NCBI GenBank assembly: GCA_044222475.1
Contig: JBGANF010000069.1
Span: forward strand, 1 to 40,538
DNA length: 40,538 nucleotides
Source: Polyangiaceae bacterium
GTDB lineage: Bacteria; Myxococcota_A; Polyangia; Polyangiales; Polyangiaceae
Direction of reading: 5' to 3'
A program made the translations under genes and the position numbers. Below are positions 10,213 through 20,327 of this stretch, in pieces. The notes under the pieces are model-generated. The model saw nothing but the letters and a program-made list of their open reading frames with translations. It searched no databases and had not been told where the DNA came from. Positions within the stretch are counted from its first letter, which is position 1. Every line of letters begins with the position of its first letter.

Positions 10213-13200
10213 ATGGAGGCTTGGGTCGGGCGAGATGGCGAGCTTTCGAAGCTCGACTTCGCCCTCGGCGAGGCCCGGTTGGGGACGGGCCGGCTGGTCC
10301 TCTTGAGCGGCGAGCCCGGCATCGGAAAGTCGCGCACCGCCGACGAGCTCTCGCGGCGCGCGTCGGGCCAAGGTTTTCTCGTCGCGTGGGGACGCGCGTG
10401 GGAGGCGGAAGGCACGCCGGCGTTCTGGCCGTGGATCGAAGCGTTCTCTTCGATCGCCGCCGCGCCCGAGCTGCGCGAGATGGTGACGTGCGCTCGGGAG
10501 GAGATGCCCGAGCTCGCTGCGCTGCTGCGCGGTCAGGACACGAGTCCCGTGGACGAGGGGAAGGGGGCCCGGTTCCGGCTCGGCGCGAGCGTCGCGCGCT
10601 TCCTCGCCACGGCGAGCGAGCGCGCGCCCCTGCTGATCGTCCTCGACGATCTCCACGTCGCCGACGCGGCATCGCTGGAGCTGACGGCCTTCATCGCGCG
10701 CGGGCTCCGCGCGGCGCGCGTCCTCTGCGTCGGCACCACGCGCGACGCGTCGTTCGTCGGTGATGCAACGATCGTCGACGCGCTCGCGCGGATCGCACGA
10801 GAGGCGACGACGATCCCACTACCGAGGCTCGGGAAGGACGCCGTGCTCCGATGGATCGAGCGAGACGCACCGTCGCTCGCGGTCGACGCCGAGCGTCTGT
10901 TCGAGAGCTCGGGCGGCAACCCGCTCTTCGTGCGCGAGCTCATGGCGACGTGGAGGGTCGGCGGAGCACAGCACGCGCTCCCGCTCGGCCTTCGCGGAGC
11001 GATCCAGGCTCACGTCGATCGGCTCTCGGCGGAGGGGCGCGCGATGCTCGCGAGGGGATCGGTGCTCGGCCGGGAGATGCCCCTCGACGTCCTTCGTCAC
11101 TTGTCCGGAGAAACGCGAGCCTCTTCCGATCTCGACGCCCTCGTCGACGAAGCAGAGCGCGCCGGGATCGTCGTGCGCGACGAGCGAGGTGCGCTCCGGT
11201 TCGTCCACGCGCTCGTTCGCGACGAGCTCCACTCGCGCCTGGGGCCCGCGGAGCGCAGCGCGCTGCACCGCGCGGCCGCGAAGTGGTTCGCTGCCCACCC
11301 GAGCGAGAGCCCGCTCGCGGCTCACCACGCCATCCTCGGCGCCGACGAAGAGAGCGCGCACGAGGCAGTGACGGCCGTGCTCGCTGCGATGAGCTTCGCC
11401 ACGTCGAAGTTCGCGTTCGGCGATGCGATCGCGTTCGGGGAGCGCGCTCGCGCTGCGCTCGGCGGCTGGCTGTCGCCGAGGGACGAGAGCGAGCTCTTGA
11501 CGGCCCTCGGCGAGGCTCGCATCCACGAAGGGGATCGCGCGGAAGGTCAGCGGCTGTGCGTGCTCGCGCTCGAGCGGGCGGAGGCGGTCGGGGACGGCGA
11601 GCTCATGGCGCGGGCTGCTCTCGCCTACGCGGTGGAGCAACGCTTCGGGCGCCAGAGCGACGCCGCCGAGCTGCTCAAGCGAGCGCGCGCCGTGCTCTCG
11701 GACGCGCCGTCGGCGCTGCGCGCGCGCGTTCTCGCGCGGCTCGCGGGCGCGCTCGTGCCGCAGGTCGAAGGCGAGACCGAGGCGCCGCTCGAGCTCGCGC
11801 GCTCCGCGGTCGCGATGGCGCGCGCGATCGGCGACGACGAGACGCGGCTCACCGTGTTCGACATGGTAGGCACGGCGTTCCCCGAGGAGTTCACGCTCGA
11901 GGAGCGGTTCGCGCTGAACACCGAAGCGGTCGCGCTGGCGGAGCGACTCGGTCAGGTCGCGCGCGTCACGCTGCTGATCGGTTGGCAGGTCGCGTGTTGG
12001 CTGGAGCTCGGCCGGCTCGATGCCGCGTGGCACGAGCTCGAGCTCGCCGAGAAGAAGTTCGAGCTCTTGCCGCCTCGCCATCGATGGCGGGTACGGCTCA
12101 TGCGCGGGATGCTCTGCGCGATCGACGGCCGCTTCGCCGAAGCGGAAGCGCTGGGTCACACCGCGCTGGCGGACCCGGTCGGCCGGTTGTTCGCCTCGAT
12201 CCAGCTGATGGTCCTCCCGTACGTCCGTGGCGACGCCTCCGACTACCTCGGAGTCGACGCGGAGGTCTCGGGCATCCAGCGCGTCATCCCGGGATCGAAG
12301 CTCTTTCTCAGCATCAGCGATGCGGTCGCGGGGCGGATCGATCTCGTGCGTCAGGCGATGGAGGCGGCGCGAACGACCGACCTCGGCGCGATCCCGGGGG
12401 TCGCGCAGCTCGGGTGGCCCGTCGTGTGGTCCGGCCTCCGTGAGCACGCCGAGTTCTTCTACGAGGTCTCGATCAAGCGCGTGACTGCCAGCCCGCTGAA
12501 CTTCGGGCCGGGGGCGCTCTCCACGTTCGGGCCGCGCGAGCTGCTCGCCGGTCGCCTCGCGCTCCTCGCCGGGAAGCCGGCGCTCGCGGTGGAGCACCTC
12601 GAGCGAACGCTTGCATTCTGCACGAAGTTGGGCGCGCGCGCGTTCCTCGCCCAGGCCGAGCTCGCGCTCGCGGAGGCCTACGCCGCGCTCGGCAGCGACG
12701 AGGCCAAGGCTCACGCCGCCGCCGCGCACGCGATCGCCGAAGCGACGAGCATGCTGGCGGTGGCGGCGCGGGCGAAAGCGCTCGCAGGCGAGCCCCCGCG
12801 AGCCGCGCCGTCGGCGCCGCCGACGTCAGGGGCGGTCGCGATCGAACGACGCGGCGAGATGTGGTCGATTCGCGCGAATGGTCAGGAGATCCTGCTCAAG
12901 GACGCCCGCGGGCTGGCGTACCTCGAGGTTCTCGTCGGTGCCCCCCATCGCGACGTTCACGTGCTCGAGCTCGTCGGCGGCGAAGACTCGGGTGATGCGG
13001 GCCCGATGCTCGACGAAAAGGCGAAGCGCGCATACCGAGAGCGCGCCGACGACCTGCGCGAGCGGCTCGACGAGGCGACGCGCTTCGGCGACACGGCGCG
13101 GGCCGAGCGAGCGCGCGAAGAGCTCGAGGCGCTCGGCGAGGAGCTTTCCCGGTCCGTCGGACTCGGCGGTCGCGACAAGCGCGCCGCGTCGACCGCCGAG

Positions 13201-13362
13201 CGGGCGCGGATCAACGTTCAGCGTCGCCTTCGCGACGTGATCAAGCGCGCGACCGCGGCGGCTCCGCAGCTCGGTCGCCACCTGGAGCTCAGCGTGAAGA
13301 CAGGGGTTTTCTGCCGCTACGCGCCGACGTGGCCGGCCGCGGAACGGGCGACGGAACGATAG
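10213..13362 (+). CDS. AAA_16/STAND-type ATPase transcriptional regulator with helical sensor region and C-terminal winged-helix-like domain
   Basis: VGRDGE, Walker A GEPGIGKS, Walker B LIVLDDLH, GGNPLF, FVHALVRD; C-terminal GLAYLEVLV...AERARINV...SVKTG. Confidence 0.85.
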   Translation: MEAWVGRDGELSKLDFALGEARLGTGRLVLLSGEPGIGKSRTADELSRRASGQGFLVAWGRAWEAEGTPAFWPWIEAFSSIAAAPELREMVTCAREEMPELAALLRGQDTSPVDEGKGARFRLGASVARFLATASERAPLLIVLDDLHVADAASLELTAFIARGLRAARVLCVGTTRDASFVGDATIVDALARIAREATTIPLPRLGKDAVLRWIERDAPSLAVDAERLFESSGGNPLFVRELMATWRVGGAQHALPLGLRGAIQAHVDRLSAEGRAMLARGSVLGREMPLDVLRHLSGETRASSDLDALVDEAERAGIVVRDERGALRFVHALVRDELHSRLGPAERSALHRAAAKWFAAHPSESPLAAHHAILGADEESAHEAVTAVLAAMSFATSKFAFGDAIAFGERARAALGGWLSPRDESELLTALGEARIHEGDRAEGQRLCVLALERAEAVGDGELMARAALAYAVEQRFGRQSDAAELLKRARAVLSDAPSALRARVLARLAGALVPQVEGETEAPLELARSAVAMARAIGDDETRLTVFDMVGTAFPEEFTLEERFALNTEAVALAERLGQVARVTLLIGWQVACWLELGRLDAAWHELELAEKKFELLPPRHRWRVRLMRGMLCAIDGRFAEAEALGHTALADPVGRLFASIQLMVLPYVRGDASDYLGVDAEVSGIQRVIPGSKLFLSISDAVAGRIDLVRQAMEAARTTDLGAIPGVAQLGWPVVWSGLREHAEFFYEVSIKRVTASPLNFGPGALSTFGPRELLAGRLALLAGKPALAVEHLERTLAFCTKLGARAFLAQAELALAEAYAALGSDEAKAHAAAAHAIAEATSMLAVAARAKALAGEPPRAAPSAPPTSGAVAIERRGEMWSIRANGQEILLKDARGLAYLEVLVGAPHRDVHVLELVGGEDSGDAGPMLDEKAKRAYRERADDLRERLDEATRFGDTARAERAREELEALGEELSRSVGLGGRDKRAASTAERARINVQRRLRDVIKRATAAAPQLGRHLELSVKTGVFCRYAPTWPAAERATER

Positions 13363-13378
13363 TTCCGCGGGACGGAAC
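13340..13378. promoter_or_regulatory. Putative operator: three CGGAAC copies plus GTTCCG-N5-CGGAAC palindrome
   Basis: CGGAAC at 13340, 13352 and 13373; GTTCCG at 13362; lies immediately upstream of the 13406 operon. Confidence 0.35.
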
Positions 13379-13405
13379 CCCTCTCCATCGAGAGGAGTCG
13401 TCATC

Positions 13406-13705
13406 ATGTCCCACGCCTGTGTCGTCATCTATCGCCACCCCCGAGAAACCTGGTCCCAGCAGGAGGTCTTCCTCCACGAGCGCATCGTCCCGATGGTGAA
13501 GTCCCAGCCCGGCTTCCTCGCCGGCTACTGGAGCTACGAGAAGAACGAGTCCAAGACGGTGGGCTACATCGTCTTCGCCAACGAGGCCGACGCGAAGAAG
13601 CTCCAAGCCTTCCTCCACGAGGAGGCGAAGCGCCCGAACCCGTTCGGCGTCGAGCAAGTCTCGGTCGACGTCGTGCACGTGCTCGCCGAGGCGCGCGCAG
13701 CATGA
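13406..13705 (+). CDS. Small ABM-like (dimeric alpha-beta barrel) protein
   Basis: IVPMVKSQPGFLAGYW pattern; GAGGAG SD upstream. Confidence 0.7.
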   Translation: MSHACVVIYRHPRETWSQQEVFLHERIVPMVKSQPGFLAGYWSYEKNESKTVGYIVFANEADAKKLQAFLHEEAKRPNPFGVEQVSVDVVHVLAEARAA

Positions 13706-14634
13706 GCTCGAAGGCAGCGCGCCCATGGAGGCGAAGGATCAAGATGGGCGCGCTGTCGCTCGCGTCCGTCTTGGGGTTGATGCTCGTCGGCGGTGCCGGG
13801 TTCGCGATGGTCGAGAGCTCCCGCTACGACTCCAGCACCGAGAAGGTGTACGACATCCCGCCCGGCAAGCTCGTTCGCTCGACCGACCCCGCGGTGATCG
13901 CGCGCGGGAAGCACCTCACGCAGTCGCTCGCGGGGTGCGCCATCAGCGCGTGCCATGGCGCCGACATGAGCGGCGGACACGTGAGCAGCGCCGGGCCGAT
14001 CGGCACGGAGATCGTGCCGAACGCGTCGCAGATCCTGATCGCGTACACCGACGGCGAGATCGAGCGCCTCATCCGTCACGGCGTGAAGAAGGACGGCCGC
14101 ACGGTGCGCTTCATGATCGCCGACGAGTTCAACTGGTTGCCCGACTCCGACGTCGTCGCGATCATCTCGTACCTCCGCACCGTGCCTCCCGTCGACCGCA
14201 CGACCGGCACGACCGAGATCAAGACCTTCGGAAAGGTGATGGATCGAATGGGCTACATCCCGATCGACATCGCGCGGAGGATCGATCACGACCACGTCGA
14301 GATCGGCCCCGAAGCCTCCGCGACGGCCGAGTACGGCAAGTGGATCGCGCGGATGTGCACCGGTTGCCACGGCGCTCACATGAGCGGTGGCCCGTTGCCG
14401 GGAACCCCGCCCGACTTCGGCGTCCCACGGAACCTCACGCCCGATCCCTCTGGGCTCGCGGGTTGGACCTACGAGGACTTCGTGAAGATGGCCGAGACCG
14501 GGCAGCGCCGGGACGGTCGTCCGCTGGCGAAGTTCATGCCGGTCGAGTTCATCCGGAACATGGACGAGACCGAACGCAGGGCCATCTGGGCGTACCTGCA
14601 GTCACTTCCGCCCGTTCCTTTTGGCAACCATTGA
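13702..14634 (+). CDS. Membrane-anchored diheme c-type cytochrome
   Basis: N-terminal TM; ARGKHL..GCAISACHG (CX4CH) and CTGCH; PRNLTP..GLAGW; distal Met in FMP; ATGA overlap with upstream gene. Confidence 0.85.
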   Translation: MSSKAARPWRRRIKMGALSLASVLGLMLVGGAGFAMVESSRYDSSTEKVYDIPPGKLVRSTDPAVIARGKHLTQSLAGCAISACHGADMSGGHVSSAGPIGTEIVPNASQILIAYTDGEIERLIRHGVKKDGRTVRFMIADEFNWLPDSDVVAIISYLRTVPPVDRTTGTTEIKTFGKVMDRMGYIPIDIARRIDHDHVEIGPEASATAEYGKWIARMCTGCHGAHMSGGPLPGTPPDFGVPRNLTPDPSGLAGWTYEDFVKMAETGQRRDGRPLAKFMPVEFIRNMDETERRAIWAYLQSLPPVPFGNH

Positions 14635-14666
14635 CAGATCGCCCCGGATGGCGGAAACCCGGGGTC

Positions 14667-15332
14667 GTGGCCGCCAGTTATTTCGACGTCGACGGGACCC
14701 TCGTCCGCACGAGCCTCATCCAGCCGACGCTCTTCTACCTCCTGAACCAGCAGACGCCGATGCAGACGGCGAGCCGGCTCCTCCGCGCGGCCCTCAAGGG
14801 CCCGCAGATGGCCCTGGCGGAGATGAACGACCGGCGGATGTTCAACGAGGTGCTCTACTCCTCGTACGAGGGCATGTCGCGCGACCGGCTCGTCCTCCTC
14901 GCCGACGAGTGCTTCGACAAGGTCGTCAAGCCGGCCCTCTTCCCCAACGCGCGCTCGCTCGTTCAGCGCTGCAAGGACGAAGGGCAGTCGGTCGTCATCG
15001 TGAGCGGCTCCCTCGTCGAGGTGATGGAGCACCTCGCCTCGTACCTCGGAGCCGACGGCGTGATCGCGAACCGCCTCGAGTTCAAGGACAACTACGCGAC
15101 CGGGCGGCTGCTGCGCCCGGTGGTCGCTGGTCCGGAGAAGGCGCTCCTGATTCGCAAGCACGCGCGCGAGCACGGGCACGATCTCGATCACTGCTTCGCC
15201 TACTCGGACAGCTACTCCGACGTGCCGATGCTCTCGATCGTGGGGCACCCCGCTGCGGTCAACCCCGACGCGAAGCTCACGCAGCTCGCGAAGACGTACG
15301 GCTGGCCGGTGATCTCGCTCGAGCGCGGCTGA
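14667..15332 (+). CDS. HAD-IB family hydrolase/phosphatase
   Basis: FDVDGTL motif I, IVSGS motif II, GPEKA, AYSDSYSDVPML..VGHPAAVNPD; GTG start. Confidence 0.9.
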   Translation: MAASYFDVDGTLVRTSLIQPTLFYLLNQQTPMQTASRLLRAALKGPQMALAEMNDRRMFNEVLYSSYEGMSRDRLVLLADECFDKVVKPALFPNARSLVQRCKDEGQSVVIVSGSLVEVMEHLASYLGADGVIANRLEFKDNYATGRLLRPVVAGPEKALLIRKHAREHGHDLDHCFAYSDSYSDVPMLSIVGHPAAVNPDAKLTQLAKTYGWPVISLERG

Positions 15333-16012
15333 TGGCGATCACGCAAGACGAAGCGAAGAAGCTCGCGGCGCAAGCCGTGATCGCGGACCTGCCAGCGGAC
15401 GGCGTGATCGGTCTCGGCTCCGGATCGACGGCGAAGCTCTTCGTCGACGAGGTCGGCGCGCGCGTGAAGGCAGGCGCGAAATACCGCGGCGTCCCGACGT
15501 CGCAGGGGACGCGCGCACAGGCCGAGTCGCTCGGGATCCCGCTCCTCGGTGACGAAGAGCCGTGGGACATCGTCGTCTGCGTCGACGGCGCGGACGAGGT
15601 CGACGAGAAGCTGAACTTGATCAAAGGCGGAGGCGCTTGCCTCACGCGCGAGAAGATCGTCAACCACGCGGCGAAGCGAAACCTGATCGTCGTCGACGAG
15701 AGCAAGCTCTCGAAGCGGCTCGGCGAGAAGTGGCCGATCCCGGTCGAGGTGCTGCGGTTCGGCGCGGCCGAGACGAAGCGGCGGCTCGAAGAGATCGGGA
15801 CGGTGAGCGTTCGGATGAAGAACGGCGACCGCCTTCTCACGGACGCGGGTGGCTACATCTACGACGTCAAGGTCCCACCCATGGACGACCCGCACGCCGT
15901 CGATCGCGCGATGCGCGCGATCCCGGGCGTCGTCGAGACGGGGCTGTTCCTCGATCGCGCCGACGTGGTCGTCGTCGCGGGCGCGAACGGCGTCCGCCGG
16001 TTGACGCGCTGA
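15332..16012 (+). CDS. rpiA: Ribose-5-phosphate isomerase A
   Basis: GLGSGST, DGADEVD, IKGGGA..REKI, IPGVVETGLF; TGATG coupling. Confidence 0.96.
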   Translation: MAITQDEAKKLAAQAVIADLPADGVIGLGSGSTAKLFVDEVGARVKAGAKYRGVPTSQGTRAQAESLGIPLLGDEEPWDIVVCVDGADEVDEKLNLIKGGGACLTREKIVNHAAKRNLIVVDESKLSKRLGEKWPIPVEVLRFGAAETKRRLEEIGTVSVRMKNGDRLLTDAGGYIYDVKVPPMDDPHAVDRAMRAIPGVVETGLFLDRADVVVVAGANGVRRLTR

Positions 16013-17431
16013 CTACTTGCCTCGCGGCGTCAGCTGGACCTTGATGACGTCGAGAGGAGCCTCGCCGAAGGCTCGCCACTTCGTGGCTCGCGTCTTCACG
16101 TCGGCGCCGCCCTGCGCCGTGAGGATCACGGCCGCGTAGCCCGCGCTGATCGCTCGGAGCGGTCGCGCCTGCGCCGACGTCGAGAGCGTCCGCTTCTCGG
16201 CGTTGGTGAGCGAGAGGATCGGCCGAATCCGCGCGGTGACGATCTGGGGATCGCGCACCTGGGTGTGGGTGGCGAGCGCCCACGACGCGATGACGGTCGC
16301 GTCGTGAAGCGCCAACAGCGCGGCGAGATCCCCGAGATCGCTGCTGGCGTTCTCGGTGGCTTTCACCAGCGCGCAGGACCAGGCGCGCTCGCGCGGCGGC
16401 GCGAGCGATCGCGCCGTCACCGCGGGCAGCGAAGGGCCGCACGCTGGCGCGCGAAGAAGCAACCCGAGCGCGCGCTCCTTCACCCTGAGAACGTCGTCGG
16501 GTGCGAGGACGGAGAACGCGGTGTCGATCTGCGCACGCAGTACGGCTCGTGCGGTTTCGAACGCTGGCTCGAGCTGGTCGAGGGGAGGAATCTCACCGAG
16601 GAACGCGGCCTTCTCGTGCTCGAGCGTGTCCTCCTCGTCGAGGGGGAAGGGCGCGACGAGGAGCCCCTCGAGCGCGGTGACCAGCTTGTCGGCCAGGACC
16701 TGCGCGCGGGGGATCTTCTTTCCGTAGCTCTTGATGACGCCGATGGACTCGAGGAGGTCGGCCCGATCGGCCTCGCTGAGCTCGTTCGGATGGAGCGAGA
16801 CCCGGATCTGATCGAGGCGCCAGCCAATCGTCGTGTCGATCTTCGACCAGTCTTCGGTCGACGGGTCGACGGGGATCGAGTCGGCGGTGGCGAGCAGGAG
16901 GTCGCTCGCTGCGCGCGGGAGCTCGCGCTCGAGATCGAGCCGCGCGCGCTCCGACGCAATCAGCCGCCGAAGCAGGTGCTGATCGAGGGCGAGGTTCTTC
17001 ACGAGGGGGTCTTCGTCCAGCGTGCCCCGCGCGGCGAGGAGCTCGCGCCGCATGCCGAGGTCGGCGTCGAGCTCGGTCGACTCGAGGCTCTCCGCGGCGG
17101 CGTCGAGGTCGGCCTCGCGATCGGAGAAGAGGAACGGATCCTGGAACTCGCGGCCGTACCAGTGCTTGCCTTCGAGGTACATGTACCCCTCGTCGACGAT
17201 GCGGTACTGCGCGGGGCTCGGTTTTGGCGCCATGCGCGTCAAGAGGTGCGAGTCGTGCTCCGTCATCGCCAAGAGGATCGACGGCTCGGCGTTGCGGAAC
17301 GAGCGTGCGTACGTGGCGATTCGGATGAGGCGCGCATCGACGACGGCTTGATGCGTCGGCGCCGCGGAGTGCGAGCACGCGAGGATGCCGGCGGCGGCGC
17401 CGGAGACGAGGACGAAGAGCCACCTTCGCAC
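16013..17431 (-). CDS. Hypothetical helical lipoprotein
   Basis: Lipobox ILAC; 472-aa ORF with protein-like composition; no family recognised. Confidence 0.7.
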   Translation of the reverse strand: MRRWLFVLVSGAAAGILACSHSAAPTHQAVVDARLIRIATYARSFRNAEPSILLAMTEHDSHLLTRMAPKPSPAQYRIVDEGYMYLEGKHWYGREFQDPFLFSDREADLDAAAESLESTELDADLGMRRELLAARGTLDEDPLVKNLALDQHLLRRLIASERARLDLERELPRAASDLLLATADSIPVDPSTEDWSKIDTTIGWRLDQIRVSLHPNELSEADRADLLESIGVIKSYGKKIPRAQVLADKLVTALEGLLVAPFPLDEEDTLEHEKAAFLGEIPPLDQLEPAFETARAVLRAQIDTAFSVLAPDDVLRVKERALGLLLRAPACGPSLPAVTARSLAPPRERAWSCALVKATENASSDLGDLAALLALHDATVIASWALATHTQVRDPQIVTARIRPILSLTNAEKRTLSTSAQARPLRAISAGYAAVILTAQGGADVKTRATKWRAFGEAPLDVIKVQLTPRGK

Positions 17432-17474
17432 GACCCGTTCGACCGTAGCATCGGGCCGCGCCTTGGGTAGGAGC

Positions 17475-18461
17475 TCACGAACGGCGCTTGGGCCAGCCCG
17501 CGAGGCCGAAGACCGTCGCGCCCCCGAACACGACGGTCGCCCAGATGCTCAGAGAGAGCAGGTGGAGCGGAATCGTCGACGCCTCCGGGTGATCACGGCA
17601 TTCCATGCCGAAGCTCGTGCCGTCCTCGTCCTCCGACGAGGTGATGACGATCTCGTCGTGGGGTCCGCAGCACGTGTCGGACATCGCCTCGCGCATCGGC
17701 GGAAGAAAACCGAGGAGGAGCGCGATCGGTCCAGCGAACAGGGTCACCCCGAACGCGACCCAGAGGGCGCCTTCGCCGCCACCGACGATGAGGGGAACGG
17801 GCCCGTGGTCGGCCGGTCCCGGAGCAATGGGGAGCTCGGACCCACCGCTCGCGATGCGCGCCACGCTCGCGCCCGCGGCGAGCGCGCGGTCGACGCTCGG
17901 TGCGGGCATCGGCGTGAAGGCGAGCTTCACTTTGCCCTTCGCGACCTCGATCCACTGGAGATCGAGATCGACGAGACGGTCGGCGAGGGTGGGGCTCGAC
18001 CACGCCCGCGGTCCTCCCGCCGCTGCGCGATACGCGGCCGCGCGAGTGGACTCGGGCGTGCCGACGAACCGCTCGTCGAACCGCGCCGATCCGGTCGTCG
18101 TCGCGGGTGGCGGTTCGGCGCCGAAGACGCCGCTCGCGTCTTCTCGTCGGCACACGACGAAGTCGGGCAGATCCGCGGACACCGTCACGACGTGAACGGA
18201 GCGGCCGTGGTCGTCGTCTTGGTCGTTCGGTGGCCGGGACCACGTTCGCCCCTCGAGCTTGATCGGTGCTCCGCCGATGACGCCGTCGATCGTGAAGCTC
18301 CCGCGCGCGCTGCCTTCGACGCGCTGGCCGGTGCGCTCGAGGATCTCTCGCTCCTCGCGTTCGAGCTCGTTCGCCAGCTGGGTGTGCCTCGCCGATGCGA
18401 GGCGTTGCACCACGATGGCGGCGACCAGAGCGAGGACGGCAGTGACGAAGAACACCCACAC
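17475..18461 (-). CDS. Hypothetical membrane protein
   Basis: N-terminal TM and two C-terminal TM segments flanking a Cys-containing loop. Confidence 0.65.
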   Translation of the reverse strand: MWVFFVTAVLALVAAIVVQRLASARHTQLANELEREEREILERTGQRVEGSARGSFTIDGVIGGAPIKLEGRTWSRPPNDQDDDHGRSVHVVTVSADLPDFVVCRREDASGVFGAEPPPATTTGSARFDERFVGTPESTRAAAYRAAAGGPRAWSSPTLADRLVDLDLQWIEVAKGKVKLAFTPMPAPSVDRALAAGASVARIASGGSELPIAPGPADHGPVPLIVGGGEGALWVAFGVTLFAGPIALLLGFLPPMREAMSDTCCGPHDEIVITSSEDEDGTSFGMECRDHPEASTIPLHLLSLSIWATVVFGGATVFGLAGWPKRRS

Positions 18462-18501
18462 ACCGGTAGGCTACATCGAGCTACCGGGTTATCGTCCGGG
18501 C

Positions 18502-19152
18502 ATGAACCCCAACCCGTACGGGCCGCCGCCCATGGCAGGCGGATACGGCCCGCAGGGCTACGCCCCAGCCTACCCCGCGGCGCCAAACCCGCTCGCGTCC
18601 AAGGCCGACGCATCCGGCCACAAGCCCGGCATGCGCACCTGGTTTCTCGTCTGCTCGATGGGCGGAGTGGGGTGTTTCGCCCTGGGGTTCCTCTTGTTCC
18701 TCATCGGCGCGATCTCCGGCGATCCCGACGTGTTCGCGGGGCTCGCGATCGCGGGCTACTTCGTTCTTCTTCTCTCGTCGCCGTTTCTGATCGCCAAGAT
18801 GGTGGTCGCGATGGTCTGGCTCCACGGGGCGTGGAAGTGGCTCCCGCCCGATCAACGCTTCGACAAGATGGGCAAGCCGATCGGTCCCGACCAGGTGTTC
18901 TACCTACTCATCCCGTACTTTCACTACTACTGGATGTTCCCGATCAACCTTCAGCTCTGCCACGCGATGGATCGCCTTCGAGCGACTCGGTTTCCGCAGG
19001 CGATGACCGTGACGAAGCCCGACACCGCGATGTGGGCGGCGATCTGCGAGTTCATCCCGTTCGCGAACTTCTTCGTGGCCCCGTTCCTGTGGGCGAGCTA
19101 CATGAAGACCATCGACACGATGCACGAGGAAATGCAGTCGCTCGGCGCATGA
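18502..19152 (+). CDS. Membrane protein with Pro/Gly/Tyr-rich N-terminus (DUF4328-like)
   Basis: MNPNPYGPPP...; about 4 TM helices; MVWLHGAW, LLIPYFHYYW, FIPFANF. Confidence 0.75.
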   Translation: MNPNPYGPPPMAGGYGPQGYAPAYPAAPNPLASKADASGHKPGMRTWFLVCSMGGVGCFALGFLLFLIGAISGDPDVFAGLAIAGYFVLLLSSPFLIAKMVVAMVWLHGAWKWLPPDQRFDKMGKPIGPDQVFYLLIPYFHYYWMFPINLQLCHAMDRLRATRFPQAMTVTKPDTAMWAAICEFIPFANFFVAPFLWASYMKTIDTMHEEMQSLGA

Positions 19153-20327
19153 AACCCGGACGTCGCTCCCTCCACGCTGCGCTCCTCGCGCTCGCGCCTC
19201 TGGCAGCGTGCAACGTCTACGACCCGTCGCTGCTCGACGCGGGGCCCGCGGACGGAGGAGGCGGCGAGGCCTGTGCGACCACCTGCGGTGGGAAGTGCGT
19301 CGACGTGACGACCGACAAGAGCAACTGCGGCGCGTGCGGCAAGACGTGCGCGAACGGCTGCGTCGCCGGCCTCTGCGAAGCCGACGTCCTGGTCGACTCG
19401 CGGAACGCGCCTCACGCCATCGTCCTCGATCAGAGCCAGATCTTCTTCGGCGAGTCGTCGTCGGTCCAGGTCAGCGTGATCGACAAGGACGGCAAGAACC
19501 TCCAGGTCGTCACCGGGCAGGCCGTGTATCCCGAGGGCCTCGCGATCGACACCGCGTTCGTCTACTGGACGAACTTGAGCAACCTCGTCGGCGTCGTCGG
19601 GCAAGCGCCGAAGATCGGCGGAAACAGCGTCATCCTCGGCAAGAGCTTGCCGTTACCGTCCAGCCTCGCGTTCGACGGAAGCGGCATGCTCTACGTGGCG
19701 ACCGGCACTCCGAACAAAGCTCCCAACTGCCTGCCGACGTCGTACGCGAGCTCGGTCCTCCGTTGTCCCACGACGGGATGCTACGTGGCGAACGGCTGCC
19801 CGACTTCCGGTGGCCCCGAGGTCGTGTTGACCGAGACCGCGGTGCCCTCGGGGATCACGGTTGCAGGTGGCGCGCTCTACCTCACGAGCCGCACCGGGAA
19901 GTGGCTGAAGACGTGCACGTTGCCGGCGTGCGGCAACCTGACCGCCTTCTCGGTCACGCTCGCCGGGCCGACCGACGTCGTGGCGACGACCGACGCGGTG
20001 TTCGTCGCCGACACCGACGGCGGGACCATCGTCCGGTGCGATCGCATCACCAAAGCGTGTGCGACGATCGCCGACTCGATCGACCAACCGTGGCGCATCG
20101 CGGTGCAAGGAAACGACCTGTATTTCACGGCCTACGCGAAGGCCGTCAAGGGCGCCGCGGGGCTGTATCGGTGCGCGCTGCCCGACTGCAAGGGCGGCGC
20201 GGTGAAGCTCACCGCGGGCACGTCGTTCTATGGCGTCGCTGCAGACACGCAGTACGTCTACTTCACCGAGGAAGGATCTACCGCGGCGTCTTCGACCGAC
20301 GGGCGGATCCGCCGTCTCGCCCGCTAG
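19149..20327 (+). CDS. Cys-rich lipoprotein with beta-propeller (YWTN-type) domain
   Basis: Lipobox LAAC; CGGKCVDVTTDKSNCGACGKTC repeat; LAIDTAFVYWTN and VAADTQYVYFT blades; ATGA overlap. Confidence 0.8.
   Translation: MKPGRRSLHAALLALAPLAACNVYDPSLLDAGPADGGGGEACATTCGGKCVDVTTDKSNCGACGKTCANGCVAGLCEADVLVDSRNAPHAIVLDQSQIFFGESSSVQVSVIDKDGKNLQVVTGQAVYPEGLAIDTAFVYWTNLSNLVGVVGQAPKIGGNSVILGKSLPLPSSLAFDGSGMLYVATGTPNKAPNCLPTSYASSVLRCPTTGCYVANGCPTSGGPEVVLTETAVPSGITVAGGALYLTSRTGKWLKTCTLPACGNLTAFSVTLAGPTDVVATTDAVFVADTDGGTIVRCDRITKACATIADSIDQPWRIAVQGNDLYFTAYAKAVKGAAGLYRCALPDCKGGAVKLTAGTSFYGVAADTQYVYFTEEGSTAASSTDGRIRRLAR

Noticed and set aside
13725..15331. Apparent long N-terminal extensions or fusions on the HAD hydrolase and RpiA ORFs
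   Set aside because: Off-frame overlaps with upstream genes; family motifs begin at 14667 and 15332.
17385..19148. N-terminal 588 aa of the 980-aa ORF
   Set aside because: Arg-rich read-through overlapping two better genes; the real protein starts at ATG 19149 with a signal peptide.
20278..20327. 50-bp convergent overlap of glmM and the lipoprotein gene
   Set aside because: Short 3' overlaps are common in stop-poor high-GC genomes; both proteins look complete.
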